Source: Octopus vulgaris
Taxonomy: Eukaryota
Length of the DNA: 64,000 bases
Direction: 5' to 3'
NCBI GenBank assembly: GCA_951406725.2
Contig: OX597834.1
Span: 34,038,001 to 34,102,000, forward strand
In this document: positions 50,948 to 63,301 of the stretch, one piece after another
Position numbering within the stretch: position 1 is the first letter of the stretch
How the letters are laid out: each line of letters opens with the position of its first letter
Translations under genes and position numbers: made by a program
Notes under the pieces: generated by a model
Database searches by the model: none
The model's input: only the letters and a program-made list of their open reading frames with translations
Told to the model about the DNA's origin: nothing

Positions 50948-51907
50948 CAGGGTGACGATGGTATTTGAGGATACATGCATTTTTAGTCATTATTTTATTT
51001 GACTAATTTTTATTGAACTTCTATTTCAGAAAATAGCAATGACAGGCCCTATGCTTCCTAATGAAATGAAAACACCTGTTGTGATTGTGGCTTTGAAGGC
51101 TAAGCATGGTGATTTAGAAATTTCTGCAAGATCTTTTGTCCATAAGATCCAGTGTGAGTTAGGCAAAGAAGACGGAAGCGTATTACCTGTATCAAAATGT
51201 ACAAAACATTCCAAACGCTCTGATTCTACCAGGACACCTGAATTTATTCAGGAAATTTAGCAAAACATTGAAGACATTCCAAGAAAACCAATGAGGTCAA
51301 TTGCAAAAACATTTCATGTGTCAGAAAAAACAATCAGAAATGTTGTGCATGAAGACATCAGATACAAATCTTACGTGATGAGGAGAGATAAATTCATATC
51401 AGAAAAACAAAAGGAAACCATTTCATCAGATCCAAAAGACTTTTGAACAAACTTAAAAATCCATCAGAAGATGGTGTGATTTGGTTTTTCTCAAATGTAA
51501 AAAACTATGACCAAGACCAGAAAACTAACAGAAGAAATGACAGATGGCTATGTGCAAACCCTTCTGAGGTTCCAAAGTAATGCACACAAAATTTCCTGCA
51601 AATGTCATGGTGTTGGGAGTTGTTAGCAATGAAGGACATGTGATCCCACCTCACTTTTTACCGCGAGGCCTTAGAATGAATACTGCTGCATATATTGAGG
51701 TTCTGGATAAAGTTGTTAAGCCTTGGATCAACAGTGTATGTTTTTCAACAAGATTCTGCACCATCACACAAGGCTCAAATGACACAAGAAAGGATGGCTG
51801 ACAATTTGCATGATCACATGACCCCCAACATTTGGCCCCCTAATTCTCCAGATCTCAATTCACTGGACTACTATGTATGAAGCATCATTGAGAAAAATGT
51901 CAATGGA
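50948..51907 (+). pseudogene. maT (DD37D) Tc1/mariner transposon, decayed, right end missing
   Basis: TA-CAGGGTG start; WFFSNVKNY (first D lost), VMVLGVVSNEG, YVFQQDSAPSH...WPPNSPDLNSLDYYV with 37 residues between the second and third D; stops and frameshifts. Confidence 0.88.
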
Positions 51908-52541
51908 CCAAATCTATAGTAGATGACACTTGCCCAATGTGCTATGCAGTGAGATTGAACCCAGCACCATGTGGTTGAGAAGTAGTTGTTGGCATTTTTT
52001 TTGGATGTATAATGAGAATCTAAAGCTGCTATTTCTAGCAAGTCGAGCAACTACTTATGGACTATCCATCATAACCGTTGTTGTTGTCAGCATTTATTTT
52101 ATTCAATGTATGAAGAAAACCTAAACATTTGCCGTCATTCAATTCCACTGCACCTTGACACACTAATTAGAATAATTACAGTAAGAGTTGTATAACAACT
52201 AATCAACTTCAACACTGTCTCTTTACGAGAGCAGCAACACCAACAGAAGAAGTAGGTCTCTCTTAAACGTAATTGAATACTTTAATGATGAAGGAGGAGG
52301 AGGAGGGGGGAAGAGAGACAGACAGATAAGGGGGGGAAGACAAAGGAGAGGAGAGAGAAAGAGAAAGAGAGAGTCAGGTTCCACAAATGTTCGGAAGATA
52401 CAAGATTAAAAACATTGCAGTGGAAACATCAAACACTGACATCATTCCGTCAGTTGGTTTTTATTACTAAACAATGAATACTTCGGTTTTTCATCAGCTT
52501 TATTTTGATTATATATTTTGTCATCGTGCGTGTGTGTGTGA

Positions 52542-53044
<503 letters not shown>

Positions 53045-53374
53045 GATATCTTTTGTATCTTTTTGGAGAGGCCTTTCTGTGGAATGTTGACAAGTGAGTG
53101 TGTGAGTGTGAGTGAGGTGTTAGTAAATAAATGAGTTGTATATTTCAGTTAATGAAGAAAATTAAGAAACGATTGTAAGCGGAGATTTAGTGAAGAAATG
53201 CTACAAAGCATATTCCAAATGAAAATAGAGGTACAACATTGATTTTTCCGGAACCTTTCATTACAAAGCCTTTTCGAATTACGGATTTTTTTCCTAATCA
53301 GGGATGGTCACCTTGGTCAACACACCCTAGCACCTGTGTTGGCATCACATAAAAAAAACAGTATCCATGCATGA

Positions 53375-53545
53375 GGCTAGCAATTTTGATGGAAAGGCTA
53401 AGTCGATCACATCAATGTCCAACTGGTACTAATTATATTAACCCCAAAAGGCAAAATTGACCTTAACAGAATTTGAACTCAGAACAAAGACATATGAAAT
53501 GCCACTTGGCATTTTGCCCAGCATGCTAACAATTCTGCCAGCTCA
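53375..53545 (-). mobile_element. SINE family A, diverged
   Basis: GAATTTGAACTCAGAA...AATTCTGCCAGCTC. Confidence 0.75.
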
Positions 53546-53959
53546 TTGTCTCACTCCCGTCCATTAATATCTCAGGCTTTAATGCACTTAAAACTTCTTT
53601 TTTTTTTTCCTGAATATCTGTTTCTGAAATATGGGTGTGTCTGATATGCTTGTGTGTCTTTTATGCCATCCAATATGGTTGTCGTATTGTATTTTATAAA
53701 ATTATGTGTCACGCTTGATGTTTACTCATCGATAACGAAAGCAGGGAGTGGAGATGGCCCTTTGATAATTGGAATGAAACGGAGCAGAAAACCTTCACAA
53801 GGGGGAGCAGTGGTGCCTATTTAATTATAAGATTAGTCAGTTGTTGTTTAGTCAGAGGTTAGCTTCGGTCAGGCAGACCTGTATCCTTACAGCCATTCTA
53901 ACCATGACTGTCCTGGGTGTAGAGTAAGTTTTAATTAGAGTTCTTTTATTTTGTTTGTC

Positions 53960-54530
53960 CTTGTTTCAGTTATCAGATTACGGCCATGCTGGGGCACTTG
54001 CCTTGATGGCTTTTCAGTCAAATGAATCAGCCCCAGTACTTATTTTTTCCTTTTTAGCTTCGTCCTTATTCTATCAGTCTCTCAGATCAAACCACTAAGT
54101 TATATGGACATAAACACACCGACACTGTTTGTCAAACAGTGGTGGAGGACAAATACAGACATAAAGACACATCAACATCATCATCATCAACATCTAACGT
54201 TCATTTTCCATGCTGGCATGGGTTGGATGGATTGACAGGAGCTGGCAAGGCCAGGGGGCCACACCAGATTCCAGTCATCTGTTTAGCTTGGTTTCTATAA
54301 TTGGATGCTCTTCCTAACATCAGTCACCTTACAGTGAGTTCTGGGTGCTTTTTACATGTCACCAGTGGATACGAGGTCTTCTTTCAGTTTCCATGTACCA
54401 AATCCACTCAAAGGGCTTTGATCGTCCCAAAGCTATAGTAGAAGACGTTTGGCCAAGATACCACGCAGTGGTACTGAACCCAGAACCACATGGTCAGGAG
54501 GCAAGTTTCTTACCACACAGCAACACCTGT
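53960..54530 (-). mobile_element. SINE family B with a family C copy (54170-54365) at the position of its internal microsatellite
   Basis: B tail 53960-54170, C fragment, B head 54375-54530. Confidence 0.8.
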
Positions 54531-55094
54531 ATCGATATAGTTTGCTGTTATTTCTGGCAAAATTCAGTATTCATAATGAGGTTCTCTTGTTACCTGGATT
54601 AATTAGTCATGAAAGTCATATATTTTTGTGTCCCATAATCGAATGGCACTGGGGTGGGGGAGGTGGTAATGGTTTGAGAATCACTGCATAAAGAGGTTTG
54701 AGTTCACATACAGATTCAAATTTGTGGGAGACACACGTGCATGAGAAAATTAAAAGCTCACCTGAGTATTAAGATATTTTCAGCAGGTAAAAAAAGAAAG
54801 AAGAAAAACAGAGAAACAAAAGTGCAAAAATGCTTTAAAAAGAGAAAAAAAATAAGTCATAACTGAAAATTGTCTTATTCTATTTTTTGTTTTTTATTGG
54901 ATGTTTCTATTGTTTTTATTTTTCTTATATTTTTGTGATATTCTTTGTGGTTTTGTTTTTATTTAGACCAAGGTCAACTCAGGGCAACAAACCTACTTTG
55001 CATATATTCAAAGGTGTTTCAGCCACGACAACGTCATCTGGGGTTCAAACAGTGAATCTTCAACTTCATTATCCAATGTACTCTTCTAATTTTT

Positions 55095-55479
55095 ATATTA
55101 TTTACATTATTTACATTTGACGGATATTTGTCCTCATCTTGTTTGTTGCTAACACATTTCAGCTGATATACCCTCCAGCCTTCATCAGGTATCTTGGGGA
55201 AATTTTGAACCTGGGTTCTCATTCCTAAGGTATTTTTCGATGCTGTTGTTGTTATTATTACTACTACTATTATTATTGTAGTTGTTCAGGTCACTGCTTG
55301 GAATCGAACTCGGAATCTTGGGGTTAGTAGCCCGCACTCTTAACCCCAAGATCCCGAGTTCAATTCCAAGCAGTGACCTAGACTGCAGTGGTGGCAGCGA
55401 CAACGACAACAAGATTGAAAAATACCTTAGGAATAAGAACGCAGGTTCGAAATTTCCCCAAAACACCTGAGGAAAGCTG
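55095..55479. mobile_element. Fold-back element: tRNA-like head, AAT linker and hammerhead-like tail (minus, 55345 to 55095) with an inverted partial copy (plus, 55341-55479)
   Basis: Inverted repeat 55176-55326 versus 55341-55479; B-box GAGTTCGATTCC (minus, 55300-55311) and GAGTTCAATTCC (plus, 55356-55367). Confidence 0.8.
55151..55193 (-). ncRNA. Minimal type I hammerhead-ribozyme-like motif, cleavage-site segment apparently deleted
   Basis: GAUAC-CUGAUGA-A-GGCUG(GAGGGUAUAU)CAGCU-GAAA-U-GUGUU: stems I and II pair; only U lies where CGUH is expected. Confidence 0.6.
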
Positions 55480-55917
55480 TTGTAGGATTCCTCATTTTTT
55501 GTCAGCAGAGTGGATTGGAGCAACATGAAATGAAATGTGTTGCTGACGATGACAACTGTGATGAAATATTGATGGTGATGCTGATGATGATCACAATGAC
55601 AACGAGAATGGCAATGACAATGATGATGTTGATGACAATGGTAATGATGATGAGATGATGGTGATGTTGACAGTGATGATGATGACAACAACGACGATGA
55701 CAATCAGTGACAATGATAATAATCACAGTGATGATGATGATGATAATGGTGATGGTGACTGTGAAACCCAGATCTGATTGAAATATTTGAACACAGAGAC
55801 AATGTACACCTGTTCTGAAACTGGAATGTGTATATAAAACATGGCATAAATCAACTGCGCTATCTCTTGTCATATAAGATCCAAACAAAAAAAAATAAGA
55901 GAAAAATAATAATAATG

Positions 55918-55954
<37 letters not shown>

Positions 55955-56357
55955 AATTGTCTCTTCTGATCAATCAAGAGAAATCGATCAATATACACTT
56001 CAAAATAAAGAAAAATAATTTGAGAAGCAAATGCATTAAAAAAAAAAAGTAAGAAGGAAACCAAAATGGACGTGCAACTAAACCTCACACTTATCGTAAA
56101 TTAAAATCTTCATTAGATTAAGTGATCAAAACGAAGACTTAAAACTGATTGAAAACATTGAAAAAAAAAACAATGAAAGGATGTAAAAATAAAATAAAAT
56201 AAAATAAAGAATTGTTGTTAGTGTTTCTCATCAGAGTTTATCACTTTGGTTCATTCGTCGTTAAACAAACTTAATTAAGCCTTGACTAGTCTTGTTGGTG
56301 TCATCTGTAGAACTAAAATAAATGTTTTGATGTTTGTAGTATCAGTTAGTCTTTAGA

Positions 56358-56800
56358 ACAGTGAACTGGTGGAATTGTTAGCAAACTGGGCAAAAATGCT
56401 TTGTGGATTTGTGTCTGTCTTTACGTTCTGAGTTCAAATCCACCAAGATCAACTTTGCCTTTCATCATTTTGGGGTCGATAAAATAAGCACTAGTGGAGC
56501 GGGGGGTGTTAATGTAATCGACTTAAACGTCTACTTTCCATGCTGGCATAGGTTGGACGGTTTGGCTGAGGACTGGCAAGCCATGAGGTTGCACCAGGCT
56601 CCAATTTGATCTGGCAGGGTTTCTACAGCTCGATATCATTCCTAATACCAACCACTCCATACTGGCATCGACCACACTTGAATGGCGCTTTTCACGTGCC
56701 ACTGGCACAGGAGCCAGTCAATCAGTACTGGCACTGACCATGCTCATATGGTGCTTTTTACATGCCACTGGTGTTGGAGCCAGTCCAGCGGCACTACCAG
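56358..56800. mobile_element. Family A (+, 56358-56525) fused to family C (-, 56523-56800)
   Basis: Junction at CTTAAACGTCTACTTTCCATGC. Confidence 0.8.
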
Positions 56801-57208
56801 AAAATTTGAAATCAGTATGAGTTAGTCTCATTATTAGGAAAATAGAATCCATAAACAATGGGTTCATATTTTAGCGACAGCGATGGTGATAACAATGAGC
56901 AGGATGAGGTGGACAATGACAATACTGACCATGATAATACTGATGAGGAGGCTGACATGAATATTGATGAGGAGATTGACACAGATGATGATGCTCGCAA
57001 CGATAACTACAATGAAATATTGATAGTGATGCTAATGATACTGATAACCAGGAAATGATGACAATGACAGCAATGATGACATGTTTTCCCATGACAGGAC
57101 ATGTTTTTCACAAAAGACTAGAAACAAAAAAAACATAACTCATTTACAACCACCATATGATGTAGGTACAAGGGTACCTACACACACACACATATATACA
57201 TACACATG

Positions 57209-57248
<40 letters not shown>

Positions 57249-57367
57249 GAGCGGGGTGGGTGAAGAAAAGTGGGGCAATAATGGGGGAGCCAAAAGGGAC
57301 AATGGATGTAAAAAAGAAAAACCAAATAAAGGATTAATTAAGATTAATAATAAATAAAGGATTAATT

Positions 57368-57843
57368 CATCATCACCATCGTTTAACGTCCGCTTTCCAT
57401 GTTAGCATGGGTTGGACAATTTGACTGAGGACTGGTGAACCAGAAGGCTGCACCAGGCTCCAATCTGGTCTGGTAGAGTCTCTATAGCTGGATGCCCTTC
57501 CTAACGCCAACCACTCCGAGAGTGTAGTGGGTGCTTTTACGTGCCACCGGCATGAGGGCCAGTCAGGAAGTACTGGCAATGGCCACGCTCAAATGGTGCT
57601 TTTTATGTGCCACCTGCACAGGAGCCAGTCCAGCGGCACTGGCAATGACCTCGCTCAAATGTTTTTTCACGTGCCACCAGCACAAGTGCCAGTAAGGCGA
57701 CGCAGGTAACGATCACGCTCAAATGGTGCTTTTTACGTGCCACCAGCACAGAAGCTAGTTTGTTGCTCTGACAACTAACACGCTCAGATGGTACTCTTAG
57801 TGCTCCACTAGCACGGATGCTAGTCATCGAATTTGATTTCGAT
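57368..57843 (-). mobile_element. Family C retroposon, long form
   Basis: Colinear with 5266-5730 including the same distal end CATCGAATTTGATTTCGAT. Confidence 0.87.
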
Positions 57844-58499
57844 TATAATTGTGGAATACGGCTGTTTTGAATTTGCTACAGAAAGTGGTCCATGTTTGCA
57901 GTAGTGAGTGGGGGAGAAGGTGCTAGGAATGTGGCCTCGGTGCCAAGGAGGTGGTAGCCCGAAAAACTTCAACAACCACTGATTTAGATCATTTTAAAAC
58001 AGGAAGTTTGTACCACAGAACCATGGACAGTCTCAGGTGGATCGATACCAAAAGGTTGACAATATCTCAAGTATCATAATGCTACATGAAGATAAGAACG
58101 ATTTAACAAACATCCACACAAGCAAATAAGCAGTAAATTCATCTGATTTATTTATTACCTGTTGAATTGAAACAAAAACAAACTCGTTAACGACAGGTAG
58201 ATGGGTCTTTCATCATAATCATCGAGTTAGGCGAATATGAAAAATGACAGCTGTAGGAAATCACATTGAGGAATCATATTTTCCCAATAATTGATCTAAG
58301 AGCTTTTTAAATGTCTGCTACTCATCAATTACAATAAATCAAATTGGAATTCAATTACTTGTAAGTGAAAATGTTATTTAAGTGTCAGCCAGTCTCAGAA
58401 ACAAGGACACAAAATGGAGTTTCCATTGAGGCAGCAACTATAATAACAACATCGCTTGATAAGTGAAGGAAGAATGCATTTATGAAGCCCTAAGATAAG

Positions 58500-58706
58500 C
58501 ATATGAAGATGATGATGATGATGGCAATGACCATGCTGATGATGGTGATAATGATGATAATGACAATGATGACAATGTTGATTAAAATGATGATGATGAT
58601 GAAAACGACAATGTTGACGACAGTGGTAATGATGATGACGATGACAATGATGATGATGATGATGATGGTTGTGATGGCACCACCATCACCATCATCATCA
58701 CCATCA

Positions 58707-58740
<34 letters not shown>
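58500..58740. repeat. (GAT)-rich and (ATT)n low complexity
   Basis: Direct inspection; similar tracts at 55545-55760 and 56880-57080. Confidence 0.9.
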
Positions 58741-58742
<2 letters not shown>

Positions 58743-59500
58743 GGCAGTGAGCTGGCAGGGTCGTTAGCATGCTGGGCAAGATGCTTAGTGACATTTCCTC
58801 CGTTTTTACATTCTGAGGTCGACTTTGCTTTTTATCCTTTTGGGGGGTCAATAAATTAAGTACCAGTGAAATACTGGGGTTGAAGTAATCGACTAGTCCC
58901 CTTTCCCAAAATTTCAGGCCTTGCGCCTTTTGTAGAAAGGATTCTTATTATTGTGAGCTGGCAGAATTGTTAGCACTCCAGACAAAATGCTTCGTGATAT
59001 TTCTTCTAGCTTTGCATTCTGAGTTCAAATTCTGCTGAGGTTGACATTGCCTTTCATTCTTTCAGGGCTGAGAAAATAAGTACCAGTCAAGCACTGGGAG
59101 GGGGGGAGGGTCTATGTAATCGATTTAGCCCCTCCCCAAAAATTGCTGGCCTTGTGTCAAAATTTGAAATCTTTATAATAGATAAGTGCTGAATTGCCAG
59201 AATAATTTATGCATCAGACAAAATACTCAGCATTGCTTCCAGTTCTTTACTCTTTGAATTCAAATTCCACTGAGGTCAACTTTGCCTCTCATCCCCACCA
59301 GGTTGATAAAATAAAGTACCAGTCAAGTGCCAGGGTTGATGTAATTGATTAGCACCCCCACCAAAAAATATTTCACACCCCACGCCTATAGTTCAACTTG
59401 GCCTTTCATCTTTTCGGGGTTGATAAAATAATTACCAATTGAACATTGGGGGTCAATGTAATTGATTTATTCCCCACTTGTCGCTTAAAATTGCTGGCCT
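58741..59500 (+). mobile_element. Head-to-tail chain of four family A SINEs
   Basis: About 58741-58945, 58952-59170, 59185-59390 and partial 59393-59500. Confidence 0.85.
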
Positions 59501-60339
59501 GTTTTTAATTTTAAGACAATTGAGTATGATTTGGGAGGGATTCAGCTTCTATTTCTAGCAGGGTGAGCTGTCTCTAAAGCTTTCAGTAATGGATGCAAAA
59601 TAGCAAGATTATAGAATTCACATGATAAATTCCATTCTGTCATCAACGTTCCATTATGCTTCCAGTGACCATATTCTTAACTCTACCAAATTCTCAGCTA
59701 AACCTGGCTTTTCAAGACAGATTGCTGGAATTTTCTAGAAATACATTTAGGCATTCATACCTACCAAGAGAAGGCAATTACTTCCCAACTGCTATGAAAT
59801 GGCCGTCTCCCAGGCAAGAAATCAATATTTATTAATATAGATACTTTGGGTAGCAAACCCAAAATCATAACTATGATCTTCATTAATTAAGTCCATTGTC
59901 AGTGCTTAGCATCATAGAACTTTGTTAAATTTCCCTGGATTCCAAAATGGATTTTCCCTCCACACCACCCTGACATCACACTCCGCCACCCATATTCTTG
60001 AGATAAATCTTCATTCAATTACAATTAATGTGATTCAAGGTTTGTAATTGTTTCTTAGTCTCTTGTATTTCTTCATTCTGATTTTTTCAATTCTGCTGCC
60101 ATTCAACATCCCCAACCCTCTACACATACACTATCACACACACACACACACTATCACAGATACAGAATTGCATATACATACACTTACTATTACATATATG
60201 TACAATATCACACACACACACACACATATTTTACATGCACACAGTATCACATACACATATACTTACTATCACACATACATACAATCTCATACATACACAC
60301 ACACACACTATCACACATACTACACACACACACTTAGTC

Positions 60340-60485
60340 AATAACAGTGACCCCAGTGTGTGACTGGTACTTATTTTATTGGCCCCAAAAGGATGAAAGG
60401 TAAAATCGGCCTCAGTGAAATTTGAACTTGGAAAGTAAAGATGGTCGAAGTGGCAGCATTTTGTCTTGTGTGCTAACAATTCAGC
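60340..60485 (-). mobile_element. SINE family A, partial
   Basis: Core match. Confidence 0.72.
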
Positions 60486-60489
60486 TGTC

Positions 60490-60890
60490 TTTTTTATTTT
60501 AAAGCATTCCCTCATTACGAGGTCCTTAGACCACTGAAAACGTAAGAGCTGCTAGATTAAAATGGACGCTAGACAGAAGTCAATAGGTGATGATGTACAT
60601 TAGACTTAAAAGACTGGAGGTCATATTGAAGAGGAAGACAAGACTGTGGAAGAGAATTCCAAAGTTCAGAGGTGTGAGGGAAGAAACTGGTACTGTAAAG
60701 TGCTTTACGACACTTAGGAGGTTGCACAGTATATTGATGAGAACTGGATGCAAGTCTAGTTGATTGCTGATAAGTTTTTAAAGGAGGAAATAGAGAAGAG
60801 AGCTCAGCTGAACAATGTCGATGAAAATACTTATAGAAAAGAGACAAAGAAGCCACACGACGATGATGAGAGTGGATCCACTTTAGAAGA
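60490..60890 (-). pseudogene. CR1/Zenon-like LINE 3' end with A-rich tail
   Basis: HRRVASLSLFYKYFHRHCSAELSSLFPP...SFFPHTSELWNSLP...YDLQSFKSNVHHHL; stop at 60569-60571; short UTR. Confidence 0.88.
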
Positions 60891-60933
60891 TAGATCAGGA
60901 CTAATAGCATTACAAATGCAGCGTTGAATAGTA

Positions 60934-61323
60934 ATCCTTTCTACAATAGGCACAAGGCCTGAAATTTGTGGGGAGGGGCTAAGTCAATGACACTGACCCG
61001 AATGCTCAATTGGTACTTATTTCATTGACCCTGAAAGGATGAAATGCAAAGTCAGCCTCGGCTGAATCTGAACTCAGAATGTGAAGACAGACAAAATACT
61101 ATTAATATTTTTTTCTACCCAAGGCACAAGGTCCGAAATTTTGGGGGATGGGACCAGTCAATTAGATCGACCCCAGTACATAACTGGTACTTAATTTATC
61201 GACGCCGAAAGGATGAAAGGCAAAGTTGACCTCGGTGGAATTTGAACTCAGAATGTAAAGACAGATGAAATACCGTGAGGCATTTCGCCCGACATGCTAA
61301 CATTTCTGCCAGCTTGCTGCCTT
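60934..61323 (-). mobile_element. Two tandem family A SINEs
   Basis: About 60934-61100 (head missing) and 61110-61323. Confidence 0.85.
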
Positions 61324-61793
61324 AAAATACTATAAATAATAATAATTATAACACTGTGTTGCTAAGCAATAAAAATGAGGAAGACTTCGGAGACTTGGCA
61401 GCACCAAATCTGTGAGAGTCATCACTATCGTAACAACAGTAGTTTCCTTTTAATTATCTGACTAAAATATTATCTTCGTTAAGCATAAATCACCAATAAA
61501 CCTCAAGAGCCATATGCACACATGATAAAATTTTTCAGCTTATTAAAATATACTCATTATGCTAATTGTTTAGAAATTAGTTTTTTAATGAACAAAAATT
61601 GTTCTAGTTTGATTCTTTTTGTAGGGGGGGAGAGGTGTGTGTGCGTGTGTGTGTGTATGTGTGTTTGCATGTATGTATGCATGTTTGCAGATGTGTGTGC
61701 ATGTATGAACATGCTTTTTGAAGAAAGAAAAGTTTTTCGTGTGCCTGTGTATGATCATGTGTGTGCATGGGCATGCATGTGTGTGTGCGCATG

Positions 61794-61827
<34 letters not shown>

Positions 61828-62024
61828 ATGGTGTGTGTGTGTGTGTGTGCATGGTGTGTGTGTGTGTGTGTGCGTGGTGTGTGTGTATGTGTGGTGTGTG
61901 TATGTGGTGTGGTGTGTGTGTGTGTTACATCCCTCCTTCCTTTTCTGTATTTTCATCCATTCTTTCAAGTGACCATCACCAACAGAATATTTTATATTTT
62001 AAAGCTTCTGTTTTTTTTGTTTTT

Positions 62025-62370
62025 TTTAAGCATGCTTTGCAACCACATGATTTCAGGTTCAGCTCCAAAGCACAGCATCTCAAGCAAGCATCTTCTGCTA
62101 TAGCCCCAGGCCAACCTATGTCTCATGAGTGAATTTGGTAGGCAGAAACTGTGTGGAAGTCCACCGTATGCAGATTGTGTGCGTGTGTGTATGTGTGTGT
62201 CTCTAGCATATGACAACCGCTATTAGTTTGTTTACATCCCCGTAAGCTCACAGTTTGGCAAAGGAAACAGAATAAGTACCAGATTAAACAATAAAAGCAC
62301 TGGGGTTGGTTTGTCCAAGGTGGTGCTCCAGCATGACCATAGACCAATGACTAAAACAAGTAAAAGATAT
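62025..62370 (+). mobile_element. SINE family B, diverged
   Basis: Ends CTAAAACAAGTAAAAGATA. Confidence 0.78.
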
Positions 62371-62624
62371 AAGGTAGGGATACATTGGATAATATATTTT
62401 TTGGTATACTATCCTTGAAAAAATCAAGATGGTTACATCTGGAATTGGTGCTGAATTAGCTTAAATAATAACAAGGAAGGATACATTAGATAATATAGTC
62501 CTAGATAGATTATCCTTGAATATAAGACAGGATGGTCATAACTGGAATAACTTTAATCATAGATCAAGCTGATCAAAGCTGACCTGTATTAAACAAGGAA
62601 ACACACATTCAGTTATGTAGTCCA

Positions 62625-62977
62625 AGATACACTAGGCATAAATGAAAGACAGGATAACTGGCACTCCATCAGTCGTGACAAGGGTTCCAGATGATCTGAT
62701 CAACAGAACCTGCTGCTTGTGAAATTAATGTGCAAGTGACTGAGCCCTCCACGGACACATATCCCCTTAATGCAGTTCTCAGGGTGGTTCAGCGTGACAC
62801 AGAATGTGACAAGGCTGGCCCTTTGAACTACAGGTATTACTCCTTTTTGTCAGTTTCGTGGACAGGAGCAACGTGAAATAAGTGTCTTGCTCAAGGATAA
62901 TATGCATCACCAGGACTTGAACACACAACCTTATGATCATAAGTTAAATGCCCTAACAACTAAGCTATGTGCCTTCA
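62625..62977 (-). mobile_element. SINE family D, different 3' body from 3027-3383
   Basis: Head TGAAGGCACATAGCTTAGTTGTTAGGGC; shares CTTGAGCAAGACACTTATTTCACGTTGCTCC with 3027-3383. Confidence 0.78.
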
Positions 62978-63067
62978 AAATCAGGATGATCATATCATGA
63001 CTGGAATACCTTTGAGCATAGATCAAGTTGATCAAAACTGACCTGTATTAAAAACAAGGAAGGACAT

Positions 63068-63301
63068 GGAGTGCTCCAGCATGGCTGCAGTCAAAATAAC
63101 TGAAACAAGTAAAAGAATAAAAGAATATATATGTGGAAGACTTCCACACAGTTCCCTTTTATTATATTCACTCATAAGGCATTGGTTGGCTCAGGGCACT
63201 AAGTTAAAAGACACTTGCCCAAGGTGCCATGCAGTGGGACTGAACTCCAAATTGTATGGTTGGAAAGCAAGTTTCCTAACCACACAGCCATGCCTGCACC
63301 T
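63068..63301. mobile_element. Family B tail (+) and family B head (-) fragments
   Basis: Motif matches. Confidence 0.72.

Noticed and set aside
55012-55045. Minus-strand CAGATGA...GCTGAAAC hammerhead-like spacing
   Set aside because: The core is mutated and the stems do not pair convincingly.
55296-55345. Functional tRNA gene
   Set aside because: The 5' acceptor stem and most of the D arm are missing; this and the other heads are tRNA-derived repeats.
57890-58045. hAT-like MITE ends here and at about 14540-14595 and 54640-54690
   Set aside because: Single short degenerate ends with no partner TIR or TSD; too weak to annotate.
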